In this document: piece after piece, positions 14,204 to 27,399 of the stretch
Position numbering within the stretch: position 1 is the stretch's first letter
How the letters are laid out: every line of letters starts with the position of its first letter
Source of the DNA: Octopus bimaculoides
Taxonomy: Eukaryota
Direction of reading: 5' to 3'
NCBI RefSeq assembly: GCF_001194135.2
Contig: NC_068996.1
Coordinates: 2,745,017 to 2,798,224 of the forward strand
DNA: 53,208 nt
The notes under the pieces: generated by a model
Told to the model about the DNA's origin: nothing
What the model saw: only the letters and a program-made list of their open reading frames with translations
Databases searched by the model: none
Made by a program: the position numbers and the translations under genes

Positions 14204-14583
14204 TTGTTTCAGTCATTTGACAGCGGCCATGCTGGAGTACCGTCTTCTGTCAAACAATTCGACCCCAGGACTTATTCTTTGTAAGCCTAGTATTTATTCT
14301 ATCGGCCCCTTATTGCCAAACCACTGAGTTACTAGGATGTAGACACACCAGCATCAGTTGTCAAACGATGTTGGTGGGGGTGAGGGGACAAACACACACA
14401 CACACACACACATGCATATATACAATAGGCTTCTTTCAGTTTCTGTCTACCAAATCCACTCACAAGGCTTTGATCAGCCCGAGTCTATTTTAGAAGACAC
14501 TTGCCCAAGGTGCTACGCAATGGGACTGTACCCAGAACCATGTGGTTGGTAAGTAAGCTACTTACCAAACAGCCATGCTTGCA

Positions 14584-14585
<2 letters not shown>
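14204..14585 (-). mobile_element. tRNA-derived SINE family A, near full length
   Basis: Reverse-complement match to 15732-16120, including the head ggtgcaagcatggctgtttggtaagtagc. Confidence 0.85.
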
Positions 14586-14624
<39 letters not shown>

Positions 14625-15731
14625 TTTTTAAAGCACACACATACATACATATGTATGTGTGTGTGTGTGTGTCTTCTTTTCTTTCAGTTGTTGTTGAACC
14701 ATGGTCATATAATATCATTTTACGAATATTAGTCAATTATCTTGATCTTTAGGCATATTTCTGTCTGCTACTCTGTCTCTGATTATTCAGCTATTAGGAC
14801 GCTCAAACACAAGCACTAGAGTGGCTTTTAAATCAGTCTAAGTTCAAACACACACATATATTAAATGGGTTGATGGGCTGTTTTGGCCTGCTAAGAACCA
14901 CTTGCATAACATTTGTTGTCCCATTGTAATGATTGAACATATTTCCCCAAGTTAATACACAGTGGGATTGAACCTGGAGATACATATTGCAAACAGATCT
15001 ACTTAACTGCACAGCCATATCTGAACTTATACTGAAGGAGATTTGTTTTTCTTTCTTACAAAACAGAAAAACAATATAACAAATACTCTGTTTTCTATCT
15101 TCTTATTTCTTCAAGCCCTTGTTCTCAGGTGTCCTATACTGATCAAAAGCATTATTGCTCTACTATGTAATCATTGACACAGCTTAAATTTAGCAAATAT
15201 TTTTGTCTCTGATAAGAATAGGTTTTTATCTTGGTAGGCTACATAATTCTATTGTCAAAAGCACCTGCTTGATTACAGTTCTAAGGTTCTGTAAGTTTTA
15301 CTTCGTTCTTCAATGAGCTATAATATGTTAATAACTACCATTCTCCATTTTTCTTCTTTTTCTTTCTCACTAAAAATAACTAAATTCCTTCAAAGAATTC
15401 AAAGCCTTCTATTTTCTGAACCTTTTGGAAAGTTGACATTTTTTTCTCTAATGCTTCATATACATGTTTGTTAAGTCACTGCTGTAGATATGTGTGTGTA
15501 CAAGTCTCTAAATGTGTACATGTACTGTGTAAACATAAACATTGATATACCATACTTACAATTGTAACAGAAACTACAAAGATTGTAGAATACCAATATA
15601 ACTTTATTTTTGCCATGGCAAATTTCAAACTTCACTGTGTTAAGTTCAAATCTTTGCTATAAATTCATTTGAAGTCAATCAAAACAACTATAAATAATTT
15701 TGGTCTGGATCATTGTTAATATATTTTCAAC

Positions 15732-16120
15732 AGGCGCAGGAGTGGCTGTGTGGTAAGTAGCTTGCTTACCAACCACATGGTTCCAGGTTCAGTCCCACTG
15801 CGTGATACCTTGGGCAGGTGTCTTCCACTATAGCCTCGGGCCGACCAGTGCCTTGTGAGTGGATTTGGTAGATGGAAACTGAAAGAAGTCCATTGTATAT
15901 ATATATATATATATATGTGTGTGTATGTATGCGTGTGTATATGTTGTGTATCTGTGTTTGTTCCCCCAACATCGCTTGACAACTGATGCTGGTGTGTTTA
16001 GGTCCCCGTAACTTAGCGGTTCAGCAAAAGAGACCAATAGAATAAGTCCTGGTTTGACAAAAAGCAGTGCTCCAGCATGGCCGCATTCAAATGACTGAAA
16101 CAAGTAAAAGAATAAAAGAA
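15732..16120 (+). mobile_element. tRNA-derived SINE family A, full length
   Basis: A-box-like TGGCTGTGTGG (15743-15753), B-box-like GGTTCAGTCCC (15786-15796), internal (TA)/(TG) microsatellite and a 3' (AAAAGA)-type tail. Confidence 0.88.
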
Positions 16121-16139
16121 CTAGTTTGTATTAGTTTCT

Positions 16140-16740
16140 GTTGCACCACCAAGTACAAATCTGTGTTCCTGGGGCATCGTCTTTTGAGAATTTAGATTTC
16201 TGTTTGTATACTTTAATATCTGTTTTGCTTTATTATAGAGGTTTCTGTTATTATTTAAGTGTTTCATTTGTTTGCTGTATGCAGTATAAACCATGCCAGT
16301 GGTGTTATAACTTTGGGTGGTAATTGTATTTTGTATGTGTTGTGTAAGTATTGTTATAGTTTTATGCTATGAGTTGTGGTATTTTGTTAAATGTGTAAAG
16401 AGTTGTGTGTGTTTCTGGCACATTCTTTGGGATGTTGTTTATCCTCTGGGCATCTCTGAGGAGACGTATGGTAATAGCATCTTTTTGTATATGAGGGCCT
16501 GCATTGTCCATTGATTGTATCCTTTATTTTAATCATTAGGGTGTGATTTGAGGGTGTTTTGGCTACCATGTGGTGGAGTGTTATTGTGTTGGATATTGAT
16601 TATGTAAATGTATGCATTGTTATTTTACTGATTGTAATTGTGATGAGAATATATTTATCTTTTGGGTGGTAGTGATATTAGATTAAAAGTATCTTGCATA
16701 GGATGTGGCCATAGGAGAGTTATTATTTTGTACTAGGCTT
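16140..16740 (-). mobile_element. Highly degenerate LINE C-terminal remnant, clade uncertain
   Basis: Minus-strand TINGQCR..Y....ITxLL resembles a decayed C-x2-C..ETxxHL zinc knuckle; strong strand-biased composition. Confidence 0.3.
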
Positions 16741-17729
16741 TTACTCATTGCTATACTGCAGGTAAAAATATTTGTTAATCATACATGTAATTTCCGATAA
16801 TAGTTGACTTTGATATAGTAAAAGTCTTGTTAGTTACTCTGGTGACAGCAGTCAACCTTTCCATCTATCTTTTACACATGCACTCTCTGTCTCTCTCTCA
16901 TACACACACACACATGCTCACACACACATGCTCACATACACATGCACACACAGAAATACACACACAGAGAAACACACACACTCAACCATGAAATAACTAT
17001 ATTGTTTATATAATGAAAGTCTTTTTTTTTTTGAAGCTGTGTTGTTTTGTGTTGACAGACTTGCACTTAAAATTTCCATGTTTTTAATCAAAACATGTTA
17101 GTTACTGTGGTGACAATACTACCTATCTATCTATTACATACACACACACACTCTCTCTCAAAATCTTTTCTCTTCTTCTAAAAATACAGGGACAAATATT
17201 CTATTTGCTCCTTTTCTTTCCCTTCCTCTAATAGATGTTGTGATGGGCGACAGACGATCTGCTTCTCTTTTATATTATAGCATTATAAGTAGAGTTGTGA
17301 GTTATCATCTATATATTTTTGTTCATGCCCTTCTTTATCATATCCAATTACACAGTATTTTAACTTTGTTTCCTCATATCCTACTTATTTCCATTTCAAA
17401 ATCTTTATACTCTGAAAGTCTCTCAGCTTCTGACTTATTTATTGGTCAAATGTGATTGAAATATTCATCAAAGTACAGTACAAAGATGTTCGAATCTGTC
17501 TTTGATAAATATATCTGGTTAATTCTCCATGAGCTGGTAAAATTCTTAGAACTTTAGAAAAATTGCTTTCCAGTATTTCTTTTAACTCTTATGCTCAGAG
17601 CTCAATTCCCACCTGGATCAACTTCATCTTTTATCCTTCCAGAATCAAGAGAATAAAGTACCAGTCATGTGTGAGGATCAGAATTGTTGGCTTTACACTT
17701 AAATCAGAAACTGTTACTGCTCTTATATA

Positions 17730-17943
17730 GGGTGGCAAGCTGGTAGAATCGGTAGAGCACCAGGAAAAATACTTTGCAACATTTGTTTCAGTTTCTTGTA
17801 TTTCTAAATTCAGTTCCTGATGAAGTCAACTTTACTTTTTAGCCCTTCGGATTTTATAAAGTACAGCACTGGTCAGGTACAGGGGATCGGTAGTATCAAG
17901 TAGAGTCCCAAAGAATTACTGACCTTTTACTGAAATCAAAAAC

Positions 17944-17976
<33 letters not shown>

Positions 17977-18170
17977 TATTATTATTATTATTATAATCAT
18001 CATCATCATCATTATTAAGGCAGTGAGCTGGAAGAATCATTAGCGCACTGAGCAAAATGTTTAGCAGTATTTCTTCTGTTTTACGTTCTCAGTTAAAATT
18101 CTGCCTAGGTCAACTTTGCCTTTCATCCTTTTGGGGTCAATAGATTAAGTATTGATTTACCTCACCCCTG
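17730..18170 (+). mobile_element. Two head-to-tail SINE family B copies separated by an (ATC/ATT)n tail
   Basis: Heads gggtggcaagctggtagaatcgg (17730) and aaggcagtgagctggaagaatcattagc (about 18016); microsatellite 17944-18015. Confidence 0.7.
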
Positions 18171-18674
18171 AGAGTGCTTTGAAACCATTATTATTATTAA
18201 GGTGTTAGTTACCCGAATTATTAAAGCATTAGATAAAAGACTGCAGGAATTTTTCTGGATCTTTTGTGTTCTGGGTTTCGACCCCTCTTTCAAGGTTGAT
18301 AGAATAAAATACTTCTTAATTACTGGGTTTGATAATAACAGCAGATCCTTCACCCACCCAACCGAGAATTACTAAATTGCTAGCTGTGTGTTTAAATAAG
18401 AAATCCTCCTCCACCACCTCCACTACCACTAATACTATAGTTGATGGTGTTGAATTGATAGAATCACAACAGAATATGTTCTGGTTGTCTATGCCTGAGA
18501 ACAAGTCCTTCTAATGTTTACTTTGTATCCTTCTGGTGTGAATCAAATAAAGTACCAGCCAAGTACTCAAAGTCTATGTCATTGGCTATTCTCAGCCTTA
18601 AAAATTGTGACCCTATGCCAATGTTATAAATCGTTGTGATTATGATTTTTATTTTTCTCTTTTTCTTTTTTAAG

Positions 18675-18852
18675 ATTCATGGAAAATTTGCAGACAGAAG
18701 TTATTCAGTTGGAATTTACCGATTTCTCCAAAGGTATGCAAAGAATATCTGAGGAAGACTTTGCACGTATTCTCTTACGTTATACAGTCTTGGAGAAGAA
18801 TGAAGTTGAAGAGTGTATTCGACGTGTCAGAGAGAGGATGCCAGAAGAAAAG
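18675..18852 (+). CDS. MICU3: MICU2/3-family mitochondrial calcium uptake protein, internal coding exon (first exon found in this window)
   Basis: Pyrimidine-rich acceptor ttttctttttaag|A and donor AAG|gtttgt. Translates (R)FMENLQTEVIQLEFTDFSKGMQRISEEDFARILLRYTVLEKNEVEECIRRVRERMPEEK, recognisably similar to the vertebrate MICU3 segment FMDNLQTEV...ISEEDFAHILLRYT...PEEK (recalled, not searched). Confidence 0.93.
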
Positions 18853-19095
18853 GTTTGTACTTTGTTTTCTATTATAAGTATTTTCAGACAAATAATTTCT
18901 TATGATTCTAGTATATACGTGTGTGTATGCGTGTGTGCCTGCTGATAATATATATGCTTATACATATGCATACATATGGACCGCTGCTTTTCATGGTAAC
19001 TACTTTATATTGTTGGTATCCCTACATACAATTTAGACAATATTTTCTCAGAACTATTTTTCAAAATAAACTTATTTTTTTAATAATTTTTACAG

Positions 19096-19204
19096 GGAAT
19101 AACTTTTGAAGAATTCAAAAGCTTTTGCCAGTTTCTGAATAATCTTGATGACTTTCAAATTTCAATGAGAATGTATACCTTTGCTGAACAGTCGGTATCT
19201 CAAG
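19096..19204 (+). CDS. MICU3: MICU3-like coding exon (absent from the ORF track)
   Basis: Acceptor tttttacag|GGA and donor CAAG|gtaagc; 109 nt, phase 0 in and phase 1 out. Translates GITFEEFKSFCQFLNNLDDFQISMRMYTFAEQSVSQ, matching the MICU3 GITF.EF.SF.QFLNNL.DF motif. The preceding intron is 243 nt. Confidence 0.93.
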
Positions 19205-19968
19205 GTAAGCTGCAGACATTGCATTTTCCAAATTGTCATTCTATAGCTTAAGGATGGAACATAGATACAAAGTACCTGGCTAGATATTTTCATAGTTTAC
19301 AGCTTATCGTGGCTATCTTGACATCAAAACTGTTACACCATGCCCCTGCACATCTTAAGATACAACTAAAAGAGTTAGTGATAGGAAAGGCATTCAGCTG
19401 TGAAAACACCTGCTTTAGAAAAACCCTCCAACCCAATTCATTATCGAAAATTAGACATAAAATGTTGATGTTGTTCATGGCAAGTGTTATATTTTCAGCT
19501 ACTTATATTTTGGGTTTCTCTTTGAACTAGTTAGTTACATACCATCTCCAGCAAGCTGCCATACTCTTCTTTTTATCACTACTGATTTCATCTGAAGTAC
19601 CGTTTAGATAAATAGGAGATGAATCTTGCATTGGAGAAATCAGTAACTTTCAGTGTTTCCTGTGTACATTTTGCAAGTATTTTCACTCATTTCTTTTTGC
19701 ACATCTTTAAACATCAAGTTACTCATTGTTCTTTTGGACAATATTTTTTTATTGTCCAATTTCCTTTCTTGTGCTAACGCTTTTAGTGAGAAGAAACATG
19801 TGGCTAAAGATGATGGAGGGAGGGCAAGGGGGTTGTTGAGGGAGGATTTGAGGAGAGTTGAAAAGAAGAAGAGCGTTTGCAGGCCTGCAAGGCTAACCTC
19901 TGGTTTAGTAAGTAGAATGGTTAAGAACCAAGCTTCTTAAATGCCCACACATGCTTGAGCTTATATAT

Positions 19969-21224
19969 TATACGGAGTATTTGAGCTAAATTTGATGACT
20001 TGTTTTATGTCTTGTATTGGTGAACAATCATTAGTGTTGGAGAGCATAAAGATTAAAGTTGCAGTTGAGAAAGAGTTAGTTGACATGGAGGACTGGAAGC
20101 CATCTGAATATTGGAAAATAGTTACCTGAATCACGATGCTGCATGCTGGTTGTCAAAATGTTAACATCATGACTGCGGCTCAATACTCAGCAAACACTAT
20201 AAAGGTTGTAAGATAGGACATGAATGGCTGTAACAAAGACTAACAAGCCATGGCCAGCATGGAGGGACACAACAGATGTTCTGACTGCATCCGCATGCTG
20301 GAATTCATCCAACAATTGGAGGGTAAGGTGATGGAAAATCCAAGCAAAGGAATTAGGGATTGGTGTTGGAGTTACCACTTTGAAGCTGGTCCTGAACAAG
20401 GACTCTTACAAGAGACATCAGGGAAAAATTCTAACATCTACACTTAAGAAAGAATCACTTGTGAAAGACAAAGAAACTCCTGCGCAAAGTCAGGCATCCT
20501 GTTGAGCTAAGGGATGATCTGGTTTTTCTTAGATGAAAAGAACTTCTTCCAGGACCAGTTGCACAACACCCAGAACATCTGGTGGCTTTCCTGCAATCTA
20601 TTTGACAGCCTACATATCAATAAAACCAAGTTCCCCCAAACTGTGATGGCCTTTGGGTGTGTCTCCAGTAAGGATGATGTCATGCTGCCCCGCAGCCTTC
20701 AACAGGGTCTTAGGCTCAATTCAGATGGCAATGTGAAGCTGTTGGAGACTGTGGCTAGAGAGAGTTTTTGCTGGAAGGCCATAGGTGTTGCAGCAGGAAT
20801 AGGCTTCTTGCCATACTTCCAGAAAGAGATAACTGTGGTTGTTGGAGAATTTCTACAACTTCACCAATTTCTGACCTCCTAATTTTCTCAATCATAATCC
20901 CATCAATTACTATGTGTGGGGCATAGTTGTTAAGGAAGACACCACCCATTCTGCCTGCAGTACCAAGGCTGAGCTAGCTGGTGGCCAAGATCAAGGAGGT
21001 GTTTGAAGATTTTTCACCTGATACAGTGAGGAACACATGCACCAGGAACCAGAGCTGTCTTGAAGCCACAGTGGAAGCTGAAGGCAGCTACTTAAGAGTA
21101 AACTCTTATCTCCCTGCTATAGTCTGATTCATTTGATATTTTTAAATACCTTTATTTTTGGGTACGATATTGTGCTCTCTATTCCTTTTCTACAAATTAT
21201 CAAATTTAGTCAAAACATACTATA
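19969..21224 (+). mobile_element. Near full-length degenerate Tc1/mariner-superfamily element, most like the maT/DD37D lineage
   Basis: Imperfect TIRs containing ctaaatttgat at both ends, TA-flanked. Transposase remnants WFFLDEKNF..KTKFPQTVMAFGCVSS..GLRLNSD and NP.NYYVWG..KEVFE..EAEGSY. Catalytic spacing cannot be counted because of frameshifts. Confidence 0.75.
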
Positions 21225-21289
21225 TATATATCATCATCTTCATCATATGACTATATATATATAATCTCAATGCATATGAAGAGGAGAGA

Positions 21290-21612
21290 GAAGACCCCCT
21301 TCGGTCATGAATGACCATGGGATTGCACCTAGAAATTTACCCTCCAAGGCACAAGTCTGGGCAGGGTTGTTTATGGAAGACCAGCAGTCACCCATGCATA
21401 CCAGCCTCCCCTCTCTCCATACCACTGATGTTATCCAAGAAAAGGCAAAGGTTAATACAGCTTGGCACCAGTGATGTAGCAACTCATTTCTACAGATGAG
21501 TGAACTGGAGCAACGTGAAATAAAGTGTCTTGCTCAAGAACACAACACACAGCCCGGGCCGGGAATCAAACTCACAACCTCACGATCGTAAGCTTGACGT
21601 TCTAACCACTGA
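21290..21612 (-). mobile_element. tRNA-derived SINE family C
   Basis: Reverse complement ctcagtggttagaacgtc...gagtttgattcccgg (A/B boxes), followed by gtgttcttgagcaagacact..., which resembles conserved SINE central domains. Confidence 0.75.
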
Positions 21613-22609
21613 GATACTCACAAACAAACACACACGTACTTATAAGGTGAAGTGTAAATATATATATATATGTATGTATGCATGCACTCTCATCCAAGGT
21701 TCCAAGCTATGGGATCAAATCCAAGACCACATTTTGGAAACTAACATTTAACCTACATCATTCTTTATGTATCTAATAAAACGAGATAAGTTGTAGCTGA
21801 GGAGGTCTGATTAAATAAGTCTAGTGACCTATCCCTTAAATTAAGCATTAAAAAATTCCACCAAAAGTTCTGTGTTCTTAAAATGAATCAGTTGTTTGTT
21901 ATATTTTCTTTTAGTCTATGAAAGTTAAGGAATTTTTTACTCACTTAATGACCAAATGATTTATTGTTCATGAGGGAAAAATGAATAATAGAAATTAGAG
22001 ACCGCACAACCACATATATACACACACACACACACACAACAATTCAGATATATATTACAAATGATACATACTAGACAGGTAAAGAAATAGACTCATATAT
22101 ATAAAAAATAGGAAAAGAAGAGAAAAAACAATTTAAAAGAATTGATTAATAGTTTAGCCTTATATCCAAATCCCAGGTCAGTTTTTATTTATTTACTCTG
22201 CCGCTCTTTTTGGTAATATAACTAAAGAATGTGACCTAATAAAAAATGCATTCAAAAGATCTTCCTGAAACAAGATATTCATGGTACTAACTAGTAAATC
22301 AATTCATATAAATTCTTTTCTGCAATTTGAGAACTTTTTTTTTTCTTTTACCCCTCATTTTGGATGAAAAGAGGGAGGAGGAGGAGGTAAAAGTGAAAGA
22401 AAGAGGTATAAAAAAAAATTTTTAATAGGTACAAATGCTATAATATAAACAATTTTGTTGACTATTAATGTTGAATTGTAGCTCAAGAATCATGAAGCTG
22501 TCTCATAAGAGACTTCAAATATGCTGGTAAGTGACAAAGCAGTTTGAAAAGAATAACTCTTGATGTTGTGTGTGTGCATGTGTATATGTATGTCTATGTG
22601 CCTGTTTGT

Positions 22610-22685
<76 letters not shown>

Positions 22686-23789
22686 CTGAAATAATCAATT
22701 TTAGAAAACTAAAACAGTGTGTTCCAGTATTTAGTTTGTCTTTTTTTTATTTGTTGAATCAATATTTTGATTGGCCAAAGTTTTTGTTAAGCACTTCAAG
22801 AATTAAATTTAAGCTAAAAATATTTGGATCCAGCATGAAAACATACTACTAAGGGGAAATTTAAACATGTTGCTCACAGTCAGATGTTGATCTCCTACTG
22901 CCAAGACGAACACACTATACAACTCTATAGATTCTGAGATCAGCAGCTGCAACAGAAAAAATTAAATGGAAATAGCAATAATCTTGGTGCTTCTCATGAT
23001 GGACTAATCTAATTTCTTCATTCATAATAGAAAATATTCCTTATGGAATTAACATTATCTGAGGTGTCCAAAATATTGAGAACAGAGAATAAATATATTA
23101 GCTCTATACTAGGTTCTTGCCTGGTAGCAAAGTAGATTTTTTTTATCAGTAATTGAACTGATTCCTTATATTATTGTTAGATATTTTGTTCATCTGAGAA
23201 AGAAGAAATACATTGTTGAGCACAGGTAGTATTTGAAGGCAAAGCAAAGAAAGATGAATGTGTAAAGTTTATTACAGCTGACATTGAAGATTAACCCCAA
23301 GCAAACCCTAATCAATCAGATATCCAAATATAAGCAAATTTCCAGTTGAAACCATTCTAGATAAACTATGTCTATGACTCTTATATTATCCATTGTGTTC
23401 ATATGTCACCAAGAAAGCTGGGTGTCATTTTGAAGGAGATTTGGTTGCTGGTTTTAGAATATCAAGTAACAACACAAAGGTTTTCTCCAGATTTAAATAT
23501 TCTTAGTTATTTCAGCTTTTATGTCCACTCTACAGTTCAAATTTAGTGAATTCAGTTTTTATGAATGCCTCTCATCACAAATAAATTGGTTTACAATCAT
23601 TTGTTTTTTTTTAACATAAAACATGTTTGGTGAAGAACAGTGTCATGAGCAGGTAAGCCAACGTCAATGGTTGGCAACAAGAGTGTCAGATGCTGCCTGG
23701 CTAATTGCACTCATTGCACATCACTGCTTGAATTTCCCATGTTGTCTCTTGAATTTTATTGTGCTTTGTGTTTCTTTTAGAAATTATTA

Positions 23790-24090
23790 GATAAGGCACC
23801 AAGGGACCAAAGAATAATAATGATACCAAAGTGAAAAGAAAAAAAGATTATGATAGAGGTGAAGAGAGAAATTATTGCCAAACATAAAGATGGTGGTTCT
23901 GTCTCTGATCTTGCAACCCAGTTTAGTATGGTAAAATCAATGATCTCTACTATTCTCAGAAACAAAGATACGATCAAGGGAGCTGATGATGCAAGAAGAG
24001 TGACAATTCTTACTAAACAGATTTTACAGACAATTGAAGAAGTGGAGAAATTGTTGCTGATTTGGATAAATGAGAAACTCTGATGGTATC
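23790..24090 (+). mobile_element. pogo/Tigger transposase N-terminal remnant (psq HTH and start of CENP-B HTH)
   Basis: IEVKREIIAKHKDGGSVSDLATQFSMVKSMISTILRNKD...EEVEKLLLIWINEKL* is typical of Tigger; truncated. Confidence 0.8.
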
Positions 24091-24511
24091 ATTTGTGAAT
24101 AAGCAAGGTGATTGCATGATGATCTGGTAGAAGAATACCCTGGTATGAGTGTTGCTACTAGTGCCAGAAACGGCATGGATTTATCTCCCCACTAGTGATA
24201 TAAACAAGCATGCTTATATGCACCAAAGGCCAATATGAGAGTTTCTCTCGTGGTATCTACCGCAGTATAGTTTGTTCTAACAGAACATCCACATTTAAGT
24301 AGGGATAAATATTATTTCTCCATATTAATATTGCTAGTGTCACATAATTTTGCATATTCAAGCACTGTGAAACAGAGGACAGCATTTTTTTGTGTATGTG
24401 TGCATACATGTGTGAAAGAATTTTGAACAGGTTTTGCTTGATAGCTTTGTAGGACCCTCCCTGACAAAGCAAGGCTCTGTGCATACATGGATTACACCCC
24501 TATCCCTCAGG

Positions 24512-24744
24512 CAGGGGCATAGTTAGGGTGGGGCAAGCAGGGCACATACCCTGGGTGCCACTTTGAAGTGGGGTGCAATTTTGGCCAACATCATTTTCTA
24601 ATGAAGCCATTTCTATGCGAGTTTCCATTTTTTGGTTGGNNNNNNNNNNNNNNNNNNNNNNNNNNNNNNNNNNNNNNNNNNNNNCGGGGGGGGGGTCAAT
24701 TTTGATGCTTTCCCTGAGCGCCATTTACCCTACCTTTGCCCCTG
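24512..24744. mobile_element. hAT-type MITE with 8-bp target-site duplication
   Basis: TIRs CAGGGGCATAGTTAGGG / CCCTACCTTTGCCCCTG. Identical flanks CCCTCAGG at 24504-24511 and 24745-24752. Internal N gap. Confidence 0.85.
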
Positions 24745-26043
24745 CCCTCAGGAAACTGCCCATTGTGTCCATATCTCAAGACAACATTGATTATAAAATC
24801 TTCATTCATAGTGTGTGTGTATGTGTGTACAAATTATGAGCTTTCACTAAGAAATTCTTTATTTTCTCTTTCAGTAATTTGTATGAAAAATAAAATGTGA
24901 TATCATCACATTTACATACAAGAACACAAATCAAAAGTAGATGTTGCAATCTGTCTTCTACCATTTATATGCATGGAATTGTTCATAATATTTTTATTTA
25001 AAAAATAATTTTGAAGTTCTGAAAAAGAAATTTTTTTCAAACGTAACAAATAAAAATAGAATCCAAGAAAAAATTGAAAAACAAAGAAGAAAACAAACAA
25101 AAAATATGAAATTTTGAAAAATGCTTAATTGCTTTTCACAGAATATAATCTTACACATTAGAAACATAGATCTGAAGAAAGTGTCAAAGAAATATCATAA
25201 AACAAGTTACAGCTAGTTATTGGGTCTGCCGACGACTTTTTTTCCTTTTTTTTCTTTTTCTTTTTAGAAATATTGATATTTAAAAAATCTAATGGAAATC
25301 TGAAAACTTATCTAATTGTTTCCCACAAGATATTATAACTATTAGTTAACAATGGAAAAACCACATACAGTTGGAAAGATAATAGTAATATCCACAGCTT
25401 CAGGAATTCTCACAATCCTTTAAGTTGATGCAGACATTTTGAAATCAGTTCTTTTTCAGTTATAGTAATGTCAATTGCCGAATTGATGAACTGGGTGAAG
25501 ATATTGGAAATCAGTTGTGCATGGAACTGAGGAAGTCATAATTTAGCCTGCATCATAACAGTACAATTGTATCAGGCAATGAAGCTTTATTAATAGTTTA
25601 TGTGTGTTTTGTGATTCTTTCAAAAAGTTACCTTGAAGATAGATATATTCCCTTCCGTTAAGATGGTATTATGTGCAACTGGTAGTGCATCATCTGCAAC
25701 AGTTCAAATGGTCTCTTATCATATATGAAAAAATAAACTGCTTAATCTATTTAAAATTTACTAATTCACTGGTTAATTCACTATGTTAAAAAGCTTAATG
25801 ATCCGCAGTCTTAAAACTTGGTCTCACTATTAAGAAAATCAAAGCTCAAACTTAAAACATTCTTTGGCTTCTGCTTGGATTCAAAAACATTCTGTTTGAA
25901 ACAATTTGTCCATATCTTTATGACACCATTGTTGAATTTTTACCTATAAATCACAATGACCAAGTAGTTAAAGAAATTGATGTTATTCTTACTTCCTGAT
26001 ACTTGTGACATGATGAATAAACATGGATTTGAAAATGCAAGGA

Positions 26044-26310
26044 ATCATCATCGTTTAACGTCCGCTTTCCATGCTAGCATGGGTTGGACGATTTGACTGA
26101 GGACTGGTGAAACCGGATGGCAACACCAGGCTCCAGTCTGATTTGGCAGGTTTCTACAGCTGGATGCCCTTCCTAACGCCAACCACTCAGAGAGTGTAGT
26201 GGGTGCTTTTACGTGTCACCCGCACGAAAACGGCCACGCTTGAAATGGTGTCTTTTATGTGCCACCCGCACAAGCCAGTTCAGGGGCACTGGCAACGATC
26301 TTGCTCAATT
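26044..26310 (-). mobile_element. RTE-family 3' end fragment
   Basis: catcatcatcgtttaacgtccgctttccatgctagcatgggttggacg..., well preserved with CpGs retained. Confidence 0.8.
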
Positions 26311-27399
26311 ATAATATAACACATACAAAGAATGCATCAAACAGCTCTATAAGGAAAATTGAATTGAACAAGTGAAACCTTGGCAGAAAGAAGTTCTCAA
26401 GCTCCATCTGTGAAAATTAGTTGATAATTATTTACTGATGATAATATAAAGATTTATTGTACAAGTTTACAACAATTGAAGAAAGATTTAATGGTTTAAT
26501 TTAACTGAGGAGGATTCTTAACAGCAAAAAATGCAATTGTGAGCAAAACAGAACAAACTGATTTACAAGAGAGTATCATTTATCTACAAAATTCTACAAA
26601 ATAATAAAGATGAATTTTTATTTATTTTTATTTTTTTATTATTATTTTTTTTTTTTTGCAAATCAAAGTCTGTGAGGAATGTGGTTACAATGCAGTCTGA
26701 TATATCCTATTTTGTGGAATGAAGCCAAGCTATTTGGCATTGTTTCTATCCTCCTATCTGGTAGAACATGCACAATAAATCTAATTCTGACCAAGAAAAG
26801 AAACCAAAATGGAATTTGTAGAGCTTGGGGATTTACAATTTCTTTTATCAAATTTAAAACCTTTATATTGCAAAACTTGTTGCTGGTCACCAACCACAGG
26901 AATCGCACAAGTAAATGATGTGTTCTCTATGAATTATTGTTACTTTAATCATATTACTAAATAATGTGTATTATGCTAACTGTTCTTTCTTTAATTTATG
27001 TTAATTATTCTCTCTTTCTCATTTTTATTCACATTATTAAAAATATATCATGATAAAGAGAATAATAAGGTTACTTACATTTATTTTAAGTTCAAATTGT
27101 AACCATTACCTTTATTATATAGAATTATAATTTGGTGGAAAGGTGTGGGAGTTACACCCAAGTGTTTTAGTGGGATATCTGTGAGAAAAAAATGATTGGG
27201 AAACACTATTTTAATTTGACCAGCCTCTATATAAATATCCTGCATGAACAAGGAGAGATTCTCAAAAGAATTCATAAAAATTGCTTGAAATTAATATGGT
27301 GCTCCTATATTTTAAGACTAAATGTTCATCTTACATGCCAGAACATAAATATAACTACAATAACCATCACCATTTAACACATATTTTCCGTGTTTGGCA

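Noticed and set aside
15732-15800. tRNA-like heads with A/B boxes (also at 2930-2995, 21550-21612 and 33315-33400)
   Set aside because: No cloverleaf or acceptor stem, and each continues into a repeated SINE body; these are SINE heads, not tRNA genes.
16405-16480. TFFG-containing frame as a candidate upstream MICU3 exon
   Set aside because: No fitting splice sites, surrounding residues do not match the expected DTTLLxHFFG segment, and it lies within a repeat remnant.
18853-18945. ORF-track extension of exon 18675 (VCTLFSII...) and the similar extensions of ORFs 27973-28350 and 33459-33650
   Set aside because: Similarity to MICU stops exactly at the GT/AG splice sites; the extensions are intronic read-through, partly microsatellite.
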